Of a stretch of 64,000 nt of DNA, positions 1-9,772 are shown piece by piece. Origin of the DNA: an uncultured Acidobacteriota bacterium (lineage in GTDB: Bacteria > Acidobacteriota > Terriglobia > Terriglobales > Acidobacteriaceae). A model generated the notes under the pieces. The model saw only the letters and a program-made list of their open reading frames with translations, was not told the origin of the DNA and made no database searches. The position numbers and the translations under genes are program-made. The stretch's first letter is position 1. Every line of letters begins with the position of its first letter. The stretch lies in contig CAVRDB010000003.1 of the NCBI GenBank assembly GCA_963719625.1, positions 118,870 through 182,869 on the forward strand, given 5' to 3'.

Positions 1-915
1 TTCCGCAGGACGAAAATATCGTGGATCGACAGCGACAATCACCTGCCCGGACTCGTCCAGCGCTTTTTCATCGGTTCCGCTGCCTGTCCAGGTGAGTTTC
101 CACCCGAGTTCCGCCGCCGCAGTCGATACAAACTCCCGCACGCTGTGCTGCTGCCCGGTGGCAATGACAAAATCTTCCGGCTTCTCCTGTTGCAACATTA
201 GCCATTGCACCTCTACGTAATCCCGTGCGTGTCCCCAATCGCGAAGGGCATTCATATTGCCGAGATACAGGCAGTCTTGCAGACCGACTTTGATGCGCGC
301 CAAGGCCCGCGTAATTTTGCGCGTGACAAATGTCTCGCCCCGCGTCGGCGACTCATGATTGAACAGGATTCCATTGCAGGCATACATGCCATAGGATTCG
401 CGATAGTTGACCGTAATCCAGTAGGCGTAGAGCTTTGCGACTGCGTAGGGCGAGCGCGGATAAAATGGCGTCTGCTCCGTCTGCGGTACCTGCTGCACCA
501 GGCCAAAGAGTTCCGACGTGGACGCCTGGTAGAAGCGTGTTTTCTTTTCGAGGCCCAAAATGCGAATCGCCTCCAGCAGCCGCAACGTTCCCATCGCATC
601 AACGTCGGCCGTATACTCCGGCTGCTCAAAGGAAACCGCTACATGGCTTTGCGCGCCCAGGTTATAGACCTCATCCGGCTGCACTTTCTGCACGATATGG
701 ACCAGGCTCGAAGAATCAGTAAGGTCGCCATAATGCAGGATGAAATTCCGATCATGTACGTGCGGGTCTTCGTAGAGATGATCGATGCGGTCTGTGTTGA
801 AAAGCGAAGTACGCCGTTTGATACCGTGAACTTCGTATCCCTTGCGTAGCAAAAATTCGGCTAGATAGGCTCCGTCCTGCCCGGTAATTCCAGAGATCAA
901 TGCTTTCTTCTTCAA
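1..915 (-). CDS. gmd: GDP-mannose 4,6-dehydratase; 3-prime end runs off the window (absent from the ORF track because it has no stop in the window)
   Basis: My own reverse-strand translation from TTG 913-915 gives 305 uninterrupted codons: [53 protein letters not shown]...[16 protein letters not shown]...[10 protein letters not shown]. GxTGQDG N-terminus and motif order are typical of Gmd. The listed + ORF 205-849 is its antisense shadow. Confidence 0.9.
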   Translation of the reverse strand, partial: MKKKALISGITGQDGAYLAEFLLRKGYEVHGIKRRTSLFNTDRIDHLYEDPHVHDRNFILHYGDLTDSSSLVHIVQKVQPDEVYNLGAQSHVAVSFEQPEYTADVDAMGTLRLLEAIRILGLEKKTRFYQASTSELFGLVQQVPQTEQTPFYPRSPYAVAKLYAYWITVNYRESYGMYACNGILFNHESPTRGETFVTRKITRALARIKVGLQDCLYLGNMNALRDWGHARDYVEVQWLMLQQEKPEDFVIATGQQHSVREFVSTAAAELGWKLTWTGSGTDEKALDESGQVIVAVDPRYFRPAE

Positions 916-1092
916 GGCCCCACCCGACAATTGATTTCTATCCAAACTTTATTCCGCGCCGCAACTGCTTGCAGCTAGATGCGATCCATCCAGATCTTGC
1001 AAGATCCGTTCCTTCAAAAAATTCCCAAGGCACACACAAATCTGACAGTCGCAATGCCGCGGACATGCCTGCCATCGGACCTATCTCCGATT

Positions 1093-2226
1093 TCAAGCGG
1101 ATCGGACATATTGTATCGGCACAATGCGATCGCGTTCGGCAGCATCCCGCGCAGCAAAAACAATTTGATTTGCTCGGAAAATATCATCGAGAGTCAACTG
1201 GACGGGGTGGGGCAGAATCTGTACCCCGTAGATGCCCGAAAGAAAGTTCGCGACCAGGGATTGATCTGGCGGAAGAGAATTCAGCAACTTCTGGGCTTGC
1301 TTCTTACTTCCAAAGGCAAGACCTCGACCTTCGCGGTACTCAAGAATGCCCTCTGTACCCGCCAGGCGCAGACGATCGTCGCCATGCGTTCCAAACGTCT
1401 CGGGGCGAAGATAATCCAGATGAAGTTGCGCCGGCGCCCTGTTATCCAGGCGGAACATTGTGGCCGCGGTGTCGTCGAAATCGAGGGTGTTCGGCTGCCC
1501 GATGTGCGCCTGCAGCGCGGACACCTGTATGGGTTCTCGCTTCGACGTAAAGCGCATCAGATCGACCAGGTGAATGCCGATATAGGGAATGATGCCGCTG
1601 AAAGAAGAATTGTGCAGCATCCAGTCCGGTCGCTCGCCGAGTACGTAGGATTTTTGTCCGTCGACCTGGGCGATTTCACCGATCTGGCCCGATTCCACCA
1701 TCTGCCGCATTGCGATAAATACACCTAAAAAGCGCATCGTCAGAAGCATGGTGAGATGTACTTTGCTGGCCTCGAGCGCCGTTCGTATCTTTTGAACCTC
1801 GGCCCAATTCATTCCCAGAGGTTTTTCGGCGATGATGTGCAACCCCCTCGCGATACACTCCATCACCAGTCCTGCTCGCTCACCGTCCGAGCCGCAGACA
1901 CCCGCCACCTCCAGCTTCTCCCGGTCCAGCAGCATTTGATGATTTGTATAGCGGTGCTCGACGGGAATCCCGAGACGATCCCCTACTTCTTTCAACCGTT
2001 GGATGTTCTTATCCGAAATCGCCTGAACTTGAAAGTTGGGGAAAATGCGGCGCGCGGTGAAGATATCGTCAATGTGGCCATCGAGACCGAGTAATCCAAC
2101 TCGTATTGTGTCAGGGAGTCTGAACGACGCGATCGCAGGAACAGAGGACAATGCAACGGCAGAGGCGCCAGCAAGAAAGTTACGACGAGTAAAAGGTTTC
2201 CCGGTAGTCAGGTCGACAGTTTTCAT
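1093..2226 (-). CDS. Gfo/Idh/MocA-family oxidoreductase with Tat-type signal
   Basis: 377-aa ORF. Twin-arginine motif TRRNFLAGASAVAL, then Rossmann-like IRVGLLGLDGH and the IIAEKP motif typical of the family. Confidence 0.8.
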   Translation of the reverse strand: MKTVDLTTGKPFTRRNFLAGASAVALSSVPAIASFRLPDTIRVGLLGLDGHIDDIFTARRIFPNFQVQAISDKNIQRLKEVGDRLGIPVEHRYTNHQMLLDREKLEVAGVCGSDGERAGLVMECIARGLHIIAEKPLGMNWAEVQKIRTALEASKVHLTMLLTMRFLGVFIAMRQMVESGQIGEIAQVDGQKSYVLGERPDWMLHNSSFSGIIPYIGIHLVDLMRFTSKREPIQVSALQAHIGQPNTLDFDDTAATMFRLDNRAPAQLHLDYLRPETFGTHGDDRLRLAGTEGILEYREGRGLAFGSKKQAQKLLNSLPPDQSLVANFLSGIYGVQILPHPVQLTLDDIFRANQIVFAARDAAERDRIVPIQYVRSA

Positions 2227-2336
2227 TTGCAGGGCGTGCCCAGATCGGTTGGGATACAGTCTCGATTCTAGTGTTGCAACGCCTTCTTTGCGAGTTGAAT
2301 GGAAAATTTCCGCTCCGATTGCCGAAGTGGAACGAT

Positions 2337-4208
2337 CTAGTGCGGCCGAAATATCCAGATCTTCACTCCACCCAGAAAGGCCCGACCCGGCATTGGGACA
2401 CCGGGGATCTCGTCATAGCCGGTATTGCTCAGATTCGTCATCTGCAGGAACGGCTGAAACCGTCCGTGTTCGTGAACGACAGAGACGTCCCAGACTGGAT
2501 ATGCAGTCTGCTGAAATCGTTGCTGGACTCCTACCCGCGTGTTGACCATTATCCAGCGTCCAACATTGGCATACCAGTTGAACACCGCATTGTTGACTGG
2601 GTAATTGAACAGATATTCCGATTGCAGGCCATTCAGCACACTCTGCGTGCCATCCAGCCAGGTCCAGGAAAGATTTACCTGCTGGCTATGGTTCACTTGC
2701 CAGTTCAGCGAGGCCTCTGTTCCGGCAAACGCGAATCCATTTAAATTCGTCGCGTGCCACAGAGCCGTGGGGGAAGTCCGAACATAGTCAATAAAGTTCG
2801 TCTGCGGCGAATAAAATCCCGTTATAGAGGCAGCGAGAGAACCGCGCGGATACCAGTCGAAACCACCTTCATAGTCCCACGTCGACTCCGGCTTCAGCTT
2901 GGAATTGCCTACCGTCGTTGGGTCGCTGTAATAGAGGTCTGTGTACGTGGGCAACCGAAATCCGTAGCCGATCGATGCACGCGCCTTGAGCGCAGGACGA
3001 ATCCAGTACGACGCCGCTGCTGTGGGACTGAAAACGTCATACCCGCCGCTGATGATCTCTTCTCGTGTACCCACCGAAAGCGTGCCGCGTTTCCACGAGC
3101 GCAGATCGAGATCGACGTATCCCGATCCCCAGTTGCGTGCATGTTTGCCTAAATTGTTGCTATCGATCGAGTCGCCGTCGAAATCAAGTCCGTAATAAAG
3201 GCCGTTCGCCCCACTCCATACCGTTTTACGACGCAGAAGCGCTTGCCAGCTGCTGTCGATGTGGTTGTTCGCATAGATGGCAGGATCATTGCGGAATAGA
3301 ACGTAGTTGTCTGTGTGGCGCCGATAGGCGAATCCGCCATCCGTCACCTTCCCCAAGCCTTGATGGATTGATGCAAACCAACCTTTCGTACGCTCCCACG
3401 AAGGATAGTTGCCATAAAAATTGTTGGCGCCGAATGGCGTGTCGCTTCCGCCAAGCAGGATGTCCGTAGTTCCCAACGGCGAATTGACCCAGGATTCCGC
3501 GCTCGCATTCTCGTTGCGATAGTCACGATCGTACATAAAACCGGAAGAGAAATCGCGATGTCCAGCGATCTGCTCGGCCCAGTTGCGACGGGCGTAGTTG
3601 CCCACAAACGATTGCTGATTCTCTCCGAAACTGCCCGCACCGCCGGAAACCCACAACGAACTGGCCACGGGGCGATCTGTCAGAAAGTCCGCCACGCCGC
3701 CCAGAGCATCCGCACCATAGAGCGTCGAGCCCGCTCCGTGCAGCACCTCAATGTTAGACATCGCATCCAGCGGCACTGGCAAGTCAAGGTTGTTGTGCGC
3801 CGTCTCCGCATCGTTCACGCGAAAGCCATCCAGCAGCACCAGCGTCTGCTCAAACGATGTTCCCCGAATCGACAGGTTGGCGGGATAGCCACCCACTCCG
3901 TACTGGCTGATCTGCACCGACGAGTCCGTCCGCAAATAATCTTCCACGTTGTTGAAGGCCAGCGGGTGCTCCTGCGTATCCATCACCACAACGGAGCGGG
4001 CTGATTCTCCAAGCAACACTGGATCGGGCGCTCCCAAAACGGTGACCGTGGTTCGAACCGTCGCCAGCTTCGTCTTGGCCGTAGAGGCAGCATTGGGCGT
4101 GCTGGACGCGGTGACGGGTGGCTGCGAACTCTGCTGGGCAAAAGCACAGAGCGTACTTCCACCAGCGAGAATTGCGGCAACGCAGCGCGGGCCCATCAAG
4201 CTAAACAT
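2337..4208 (-). CDS. TonB-dependent outer-membrane receptor
   Basis: 623-aa ORF. Signal peptide ending CAFAQQ. Plug-domain motifs NVEDYLRTDSSV, LSIRGTSFEQTLVLLDG and IEVLHGAGSTLYGADALGGV, followed by a long Gly/aromatic-rich barrel region. Confidence 0.85.
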   Translation of the reverse strand: MFSLMGPRCVAAILAGGSTLCAFAQQSSQPPVTASSTPNAASTAKTKLATVRTTVTVLGAPDPVLLGESARSVVVMDTQEHPLAFNNVEDYLRTDSSVQISQYGVGGYPANLSIRGTSFEQTLVLLDGFRVNDAETAHNNLDLPVPLDAMSNIEVLHGAGSTLYGADALGGVADFLTDRPVASSLWVSGGAGSFGENQQSFVGNYARRNWAEQIAGHRDFSSGFMYDRDYRNENASAESWVNSPLGTTDILLGGSDTPFGANNFYGNYPSWERTKGWFASIHQGLGKVTDGGFAYRRHTDNYVLFRNDPAIYANNHIDSSWQALLRRKTVWSGANGLYYGLDFDGDSIDSNNLGKHARNWGSGYVDLDLRSWKRGTLSVGTREEIISGGYDVFSPTAAASYWIRPALKARASIGYGFRLPTYTDLYYSDPTTVGNSKLKPESTWDYEGGFDWYPRGSLAASITGFYSPQTNFIDYVRTSPTALWHATNLNGFAFAGTEASLNWQVNHSQQVNLSWTWLDGTQSVLNGLQSEYLFNYPVNNAVFNWYANVGRWIMVNTRVGVQQRFQQTAYPVWDVSVVHEHGRFQPFLQMTNLSNTGYDEIPGVPMPGRAFLGGVKIWIFRPH

Positions 4209-4379
4209 CCATGCCCTCTTTGTGTTCGCGAGGAACAGAATAAGCTCGGTAAAACAGCTCGAAGAAAGGAGACCGATACAGGGATAGCACGTCGGGAAGG
4301 GTGTGATCGATCAAGCAGGAAGCCTCTGAGCCATCATGGAGGAATTCGCAGATGGACGCAACGATACTTTTGTCTTGTC

Positions 4380-4396
4380 CTAAATGATTGATTTAG
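4380..4396. promoter_or_regulatory. Perfect inverted repeat CTAAAT-N5-ATTTAG; candidate MarR operator in the divergent intergenic region
   Basis: Sequence ctaaatgattgatttag read directly. It ends 20 nt upstream of the marR-family start (4416) and lies in the shared promoter region with the TonB receptor gene. Confidence 0.35.
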
Positions 4397-4415
4397 TAAA
4401 CTATCTATTCAGATT

Positions 4416-4847
4416 ATGCGCATTGAAGCCTTCCTTCGCGAAAGTCCTATGTTCACGGTGAAGCGTGCGGCACGACGCTTCGATGCAGTCGCGGCTGAAG
4501 CCTTCGCTGCAGATGACCTCGGATTTATGGAGGGCCTTGTCCTCGCGGCCATCTTCTTCGAAGCCCCGCGTCCAATTAAGCCGTCTCATCTTGCAGAGAC
4601 CTTCGCCACGACGCGTGGAAACGTCAGCCATGCCATATCTTCACTGGAGGCGAAAGGCCTCTTGCAACGGAAGATCGATCCGTCCGACGCCCGCGGATAT
4701 CTGCTGGCTCTGAAACCACCTGGCAAGAAATGCGCGCTACGCGTGATTGCAGCTTTTGACAAGATGCAGCAGAGATTCGAACAAGAAGTTGGCGGAACCG
4801 CGCTGGCGAACGCACTCAAGGTGATTCGTGCGCTTGAATCGTGCTAA
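4416..4847 (+). CDS. MarR-family transcriptional regulator
   Basis: 143-aa ORF. Winged-helix segment PSHLAETFATTRGNVSHAISSLEAKGLLQRKIDPSDARGYLLALKPPG. Divergent from the TonB receptor gene. Confidence 0.85.
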   Translation: MRIEAFLRESPMFTVKRAARRFDAVAAEAFAADDLGFMEGLVLAAIFFEAPRPIKPSHLAETFATTRGNVSHAISSLEAKGLLQRKIDPSDARGYLLALKPPGKKCALRVIAAFDKMQQRFEQEVGGTALANALKVIRALESC

Positions 4848-4967
4848 CCCATAAACAATGACTCCGTCATACGGATTCATGACAAGTTCGCGCCATCGTA
4901 AAATTGAACTGGCCGGCACTTTTTCCCGGCCCGCTGATCAGCTTCGTTGATGGAAAGGCACTGCAGC

Positions 4968-6080
4968 ATGGCCGCATTGGCAGATACATTTTGGCGCGAG
5001 AAACGTGTCTTCATCACCGGGCATACGGGATTCAAAGGAGTCTGGTTGTCGGTATGGCTTCAGTCTTTGGGGGCGGAAGTATTTGGCTATTCCACCTCCT
5101 CGCCGGCTTCGTCGCAGGAAGGCAAGTTGACTGTTCCAATGCAATCTTTCCGTGGGGATATCTGTGATTTTTCCAGGTTGTATCCAGCGCTCGATTCAAC
5201 CAAGCCTGAAATTGTCATCCACATGGTGGCCCAACCTTTTGTACGGCGCGCATTTCAGGACCCCATCGGAACCTACAGGACCAACGTAATCGGGACAGCG
5301 ACGCTTCTGGAGGCGGTTCGCCAGTGCGATTCGGTGCGCGCTGTCGTGGTGGTGACAACAGACAAGTGCTACGAAAACCAGAATTGGGATTGGGCGTATC
5401 GTGAAGTCGACCGGTTGGGAGGCAGCGATCCCTACAGCAGCAGCAAAGCTTGCATGGAGTTGGTCGTCCGTTCTTTTCGCAATTCCTTTTTCGCGGTGGA
5501 TCGCGTCAACGGACATCGAGTAGGCGTGGCTTCGGCGCGGGCGGGAAATATGCTCGGTGGCGGCGACTGGGGAAAAGACAGGCTGGTTCCAGATATGATC
5601 CGCAGCTTCGCTGTAGGCAAGCCCGTCGTCCTCCGCAACCCGCATGCGAAACGGCCGTGGCAATTTGTGCTGGAAACACTGCGAGGCTACCTTCTGTTGG
5701 CACAAGCGCTGTATGAAGACCCGGCTCACTATGCAGGCGCGTGGAACTTTGGTCCTGGTGCTGCCGACGTTCGCTCGGTCGAGTGGATCGTCGAGAGACT
5801 TGCCGCGGCGTGGGGCGCGGAGGCGAAATGGGACATCCAACCCGGTTCGCACCCACAAGAGGCACAGATGCTGCGACTGGACTGCTCCAAAGCTGCAATG
5901 GAATTGTCGTGGAGCCCCGTGCTCGATCTCTCCAACGCTTTGGAAATGACCGTGGACTGGTACCGCGATTTCTATGCAGGGAAAAACGTTGCGGAAACAT
6001 ATGCGCAGCAGATCGCCATATATTCTCGTCAGGCAAAAGCAAAATGGGAAATTCTCTCCCCGGCTTTCCGCGGAGCATAG
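4968..6080 (+). CDS. rfbG: CDP-glucose 4,6-dehydratase
   Basis: ORF 4947-6080. Start placed at ATG 4968 (MAALADTFWREKRVFITGHTGFKGVWLSVWL) downstream of GAAAGG. GHTGFKG Rossmann motif, catalytic YSSSK, C-terminal DWYRDF region. Confidence 0.85.
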   Translation: MAALADTFWREKRVFITGHTGFKGVWLSVWLQSLGAEVFGYSTSSPASSQEGKLTVPMQSFRGDICDFSRLYPALDSTKPEIVIHMVAQPFVRRAFQDPIGTYRTNVIGTATLLEAVRQCDSVRAVVVVTTDKCYENQNWDWAYREVDRLGGSDPYSSSKACMELVVRSFRNSFFAVDRVNGHRVGVASARAGNMLGGGDWGKDRLVPDMIRSFAVGKPVVLRNPHAKRPWQFVLETLRGYLLLAQALYEDPAHYAGAWNFGPGAADVRSVEWIVERLAAAWGAEAKWDIQPGSHPQEAQMLRLDCSKAAMELSWSPVLDLSNALEMTVDWYRDFYAGKNVAETYAQQIAIYSRQAKAKWEILSPAFRGA

Positions 6081-6132
6081 CGCGACGAAGGCGACCACCC
6101 GCGGCATAGGAGAATGCTCTACACTCACCACT

Positions 6133-6954
6133 ATGCGTCCCACACTTTCCGTCGCCATGATCGCCCGCAACGAAGAGGCGAATCTGCCCCGCACGCTCGA
6201 CAGCGTTCGCTGGGTGGATGAGATCGTCATTATTGACTCGGGATCGGTCGATCGCACTCCAGAGATTGCTCGCTCCTACGGCGCAAAACATTCCTTCAAC
6301 AGGAATTTTCAAGGATTCACACCGCAGAAAAATCTTGCCATCGATGCCTGCACCAGTGACTGGATTTATCTGCTGGACGCCGATGAAGTCGTGACTCCTG
6401 AACTGGCGAAAGAAATCCAGCAGGTTCTGGAGAATCCTCGCTATGAAGCATATTGGCAGCCAAGGGTAAATCTTTTCCTTGGACGTTGGATTCATCATGG
6501 CGGTTTCTATCCGGACCGCAAACTGCGTCTATTCAAGCGCGGCACGGCGCGTATGGGAGGAACTGAGCCCCACGGAACTCCTGAGTATGCCGGTCCTAAA
6601 GGGACGTTGAAGAACAATCTGCTCCACTATGCGTATCCAAAGCTAGAACTCTACCTGGAGCACATGAATCGATATAGCTCTCACAGCACACGGGAGCTTT
6701 TCGAAAGAGGAAAAACAAGCGCTTCTCTGGTGTCGTTTGTCTGGAATGTGATTCTGAATCCGATTGCCACGTTCATCAAAAACTACATCTTCCGTTTAGG
6801 ATTTCTCGATGGCCTGGAGGGTTTCGTGCTGCATTTCAACCACTCCGTCTACATCCATTGGAAATATGTGAAGGCGTGGAATGCCGGCAAACAAAGCCCT
6901 GCGGCCACGGGCTCAGACCCGTCGAGAGGAGAGTGGAAAAATCCTGAAAACTAA
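6133..6954 (+). CDS. Family 2 glycosyltransferase (GT-A fold)
   Basis: In-frame ATG 6133 inside ORF 5974-6954; the upstream part overlaps rfbG. MRPTLSVAMIARNEEANLPRTLDSVRWVDEIVIIDSGSVDRT and an LDADE DxD motif. Confidence 0.8.
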   Translation: MRPTLSVAMIARNEEANLPRTLDSVRWVDEIVIIDSGSVDRTPEIARSYGAKHSFNRNFQGFTPQKNLAIDACTSDWIYLLDADEVVTPELAKEIQQVLENPRYEAYWQPRVNLFLGRWIHHGGFYPDRKLRLFKRGTARMGGTEPHGTPEYAGPKGTLKNNLLHYAYPKLELYLEHMNRYSSHSTRELFERGKTSASLVSFVWNVILNPIATFIKNYIFRLGFLDGLEGFVLHFNHSVYIHWKYVKAWNAGKQSPAATGSDPSRGEWKNPEN

Positions 6955-7000
6955 AATTCAAAGAATTAAGTGCTGAAATATTGAAAAAGACAGGACCGCG

Positions 7001-7291
7001 TTAACCAACCAAACCGGGCAGGGTCCATTCGCGTGGAAGCGCTGCCGTCGCTATTTGAACGCGCTTTGATTTGGGAGCCAGTTCGATTCCCACTTCCGTC
7101 CAACGCCGGATCGAGTATCGTAACGAGCAACTTTCGCACAACCAGAAATAGCGGCGCATCGTAACGGTACGCTTGGTTTCCGATGATGTTGTCGCAGGCG
7201 AATTCGGCTGACGCTCCATTAAGAACAGGCGACCGCCGCGCAGATACTTCAACTCTGCTCCACAATCTCTATTTGCGCATGTCATGTTCAT
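7001..7291 (-). CDS. Small hypothetical protein with a CxxC...CxxC zinc-ribbon-like pattern
   Basis: Start placed at internal ATG 7291 of ORF 7001-7456 (MNMTCANRDCGAELKYLRGGRLFLME...RRYFWLCESCSLRYSIRRW). Two CxxC pairs about 45 residues apart. No family assignment possible by eye. Confidence 0.5.
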   Translation of the reverse strand: MNMTCANRDCGAELKYLRGGRLFLMERQPNSPATTSSETKRTVTMRRYFWLCESCSLRYSIRRWTEVGIELAPKSKRVQIATAALPREWTLPGLVG

Positions 7292-7634
7292 AAAGCTAGC
7301 CTCGGGGGTTCTCGCATTCACTATAAGAAGCTGCCCTGGCAGAAAATGGTTGGCCTGAACGGCGCCAAAAAACAGGAAGTAAATCGGCAAATTTTCATCT
7401 TCAAACTTGACGTCGATACAGTAAATTCGATGACTGGATCGAGGTTGAAGACTCACAGATCAGAAATATCTGCCGCGAAAATACCGTGGGGGAAAAGATC
7501 CTTACATAGCCATTATACGTCCGCTGTGCAAGGTAGAAATACACAGGACTGTGAATATTTATGTGAGAGGGAGGCGTCCGCGCGCCAAATCCGACGACTC
7601 GGTTTTCAACTCTCCGGCGTAACCCGCCGTTTCG

Positions 7635-8297
7635 TCAATCCACGGACTCAAACCGCAGCAGGATTTGACCGGACGGCTCCGGGATGGCCTGTATGCCGGC
7701 CAGTGTAGGCACTCGCCAATCTGCGGCCATCAAGGTTTCCGGAGCATACGTCGTCAATACCGCCAGAACTGGGCATCCTGCCGCTTTTCCAGACACAACT
7801 CCAGCGGGCGCATCTTCCACCACCAGGCACTCCTCCGGCTTGGCACCCAGCAGCGCGGCACCGTGCTGGTACGGCTCTGGATGCGGTTTGCCCCGCGTTA
7901 CCGTGTCCGCCGTAACCAAATGCTTGGGAATGATGATCCCGGCGTGGGCCATGCGGCTCCGGGCCAGACGCTCGGTTGCAGATGTCACCACAGCCCAGGA
8001 TCCTTCCGGTAATGCCGCCAGCAGTTCTCGCACACCCGGCAACACAACCAGCCCTTCGTTATCTTCTACTTCCAGATCTTCGATGTAGCGCAGCTCGGTC
8101 TTATCATCCAAATCTGGTCGAAGGGCCCGCACCGTCTCAATCGCTCGCCGACCGTGCGCCATATGGATGGCGCGCTCTGGATCGAGGCCGCGGGAGGCGG
8201 CGTACCGCTGCCAGCTTCGCTCCACCGAACCAATCGAGCTCATTAAAACCCCGTCCATGTCAAAAAGCACACCACGAACCCGCAACTCCACGTTCAT
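7635..8297 (-). CDS. HAD-IA family phosphatase (beta-phosphoglucomutase-like)
   Basis: 220-aa ORF. HAD motif I FDMDGVL, VVTSA, and VVEDAPAGV near the C-terminus. Its start overlaps the stop of the upstream phosphomannomutase gene by 4 nt. Confidence 0.8.
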   Translation of the reverse strand: MNVELRVRGVLFDMDGVLMSSIGSVERSWQRYAASRGLDPERAIHMAHGRRAIETVRALRPDLDDKTELRYIEDLEVEDNEGLVVLPGVRELLAALPEGSWAVVTSATERLARSRMAHAGIIIPKHLVTADTVTRGKPHPEPYQHGAALLGAKPEECLVVEDAPAGVVSGKAAGCPVLAVLTTYAPETLMAADWRVPTLAGIQAIPEPSGQILLRFESVD

Positions 8298-9760
8298 CGG
8301 GATCTACCTGACTGAAGCGCAAATTCACGACCGGCCTCCAACAAGCTCTGCACGGCTGCGAGGGAACATGATTCTGCATAGATCCGTAGCAGGGGTTCCG
8401 TCCCAGAAGCGCGCAGCAGAAGCCAGCTTTCCGCCGCGCCTGGCTTGGTTGCAGCCTCGGGATTGCGCAGAAAGAATTTCATACCATCCAAAGTTTCCAC
8501 TCGATCCACCGCCATCCCAGCAAACGATTTCACCCCGGCGCGAGCCCGTGCGATGGCTGCATTTTTTGTCTCGTCATCGATGTGCAAATCCATCCGGTCG
8601 TAGTAATGTTCGCCGTATTCCTTTTGTAGCCCGGCCACGAGTTGGCCAAGCGTCTCGTTTTCGTCGGCCATCACATTGGCGAGCAGCAACGCGTTCAGCA
8701 AACCATCGCGTTCCGGCAGATGACGTTGAATCCCAATCCCGCCCGACTCCTCACCGCCCACCAGAATTTCGCGTTCCAACATTAAATCGCAAATATATTT
8801 GAAGCCGATGCCGACCTCGTGTAATTTCCGGCCATGCCGGGCGCAGATTCGGTCCAGCATGCGTGTGGTGTTGAAGGCTCGCACCACCTCGCCCGGCCAC
8901 TGCTTGCGTTCAATCAACCAACGAAGCAGAATGGCGAAGATTTTGTGCGCATCCACCACATTCCCGTTTTCATCCACACCGCCGATCCGGTCCGCGTCCC
9001 CGTCTGTCGCCATCCCGGCCTGGCAACGGTGTTCGACGACCGTTTGCTGCAGATCCCGAAGATGCGGCTCAATCGGCTCCGGATTGATTCCGGGAAACAG
9101 TGGATTGTGCTCTCGATGAATTTCAACGTAAGGAATATTCAGACGAGAGAAAATTCCCGCCAGAATCCCCGCACCCGCTCCATACATGGAATCAATGGCG
9201 AATTTATATCCGCTCGCTGCGATCTTCTCCAGGTTGACGAAGCTGGTAATTGCCTCAATATAATCGGGAAGAAAATCTACACGGGCGATTTCGGCGGTGG
9301 ACGCCGCCACGGGGAGTGGTTTGCCGAGATACGATTCGATGGCGGCCATCATGGATGGCTTGCCCGACCCACCGTAGCTCGCTTTGAACTTCACGCCATT
9401 CCACTGATAAGGATTGTGGCTGGAAGTGATCATGATGCCGCCGGCAGCGCCTGTTTCGCGCACCGCGAAGGACAACGCGGGCGTGGGCGTAATACGGCTT
9501 GCCAATCGCACCGGAATGCCTGCGGAGGCCACCACTTCTGCCGCAACTTTCGCAAAGCGTTCGGACCCAAAGCGCGTATCATACGCGATGCAGATCCCGC
9601 GCCTTGGATCTTCCTCGGCCAAAATGTAGTTCGCAATCGCGCTGACTGCCACGCGGAGATTGGCGAAGGTAAAATCCTCCGCCATGACGCCGCGCCAGCC
9701 ATCGGTGCCAAACTTTACAGGGCATGCGCGAGGAACGTCAGTAGCGGTCACAGTTTCCAT
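8294..9760 (-). CDS. Phosphomannomutase/phosphoglucomutase (alpha-D-phosphohexomutase family)
   Basis: 488-aa ORF. FGTDGWRG N-terminus, active-site loop TSSHNPYQWNGVKF, metal loop ATDGDADR. Confidence 0.88.
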   Translation of the reverse strand: METVTATDVPRACPVKFGTDGWRGVMAEDFTFANLRVAVSAIANYILAEEDPRRGICIAYDTRFGSERFAKVAAEVVASAGIPVRLASRITPTPALSFAVRETGAAGGIMITSSHNPYQWNGVKFKASYGGSGKPSMMAAIESYLGKPLPVAASTAEIARVDFLPDYIEAITSFVNLEKIAASGYKFAIDSMYGAGAGILAGIFSRLNIPYVEIHREHNPLFPGINPEPIEPHLRDLQQTVVEHRCQAGMATDGDADRIGGVDENGNVVDAHKIFAILLRWLIERKQWPGEVVRAFNTTRMLDRICARHGRKLHEVGIGFKYICDLMLEREILVGGEESGGIGIQRHLPERDGLLNALLLANVMADENETLGQLVAGLQKEYGEHYYDRMDLHIDDETKNAAIARARAGVKSFAGMAVDRVETLDGMKFFLRNPEAATKPGAAESWLLLRASGTEPLLRIYAESCSLAAVQSLLEAGREFALQSGRSR

Positions 9761-9772
9761 TCAGTCGACAAA

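Noticed and set aside
205-849. 214-aa + strand ORF at the left edge
   Set aside because: It is the antisense shadow of gmd. The opposite strand gives an uninterrupted, motif-perfect Gmd, while this ORF is Arg-rich with no recognisable motif.
4209-4379. Possible cobalamin or TPP riboswitch in the TonB receptor 5-prime leader
   Set aside because: I read the leader on the receptor strand and found no B12 box (GCCACTG-type) and no TPP CUGAGA...ACCUGAUCUGGAUAAUGCCAGCG core. Only generic GC-rich segments are present. An Rfam scan would settle it.
5196-6498. Two long minus-strand ORFs (353 and 330 aa) across rfbG and GT2
   Set aside because: Antisense to two motif-supported genes. Composition is Arg/Ala/Gly-rich, typical of spurious frames in GC-rich DNA.
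7060-7095. tRNA-like T-loop string (CAGTTCGATTCC)
   Set aside because: The flanking bases do not form a 5-bp T-stem around a 7-nt loop or an acceptor stem, and the string lies inside the small zinc-ribbon-like CDS. I found no tRNA or rRNA anywhere in the window by eye.
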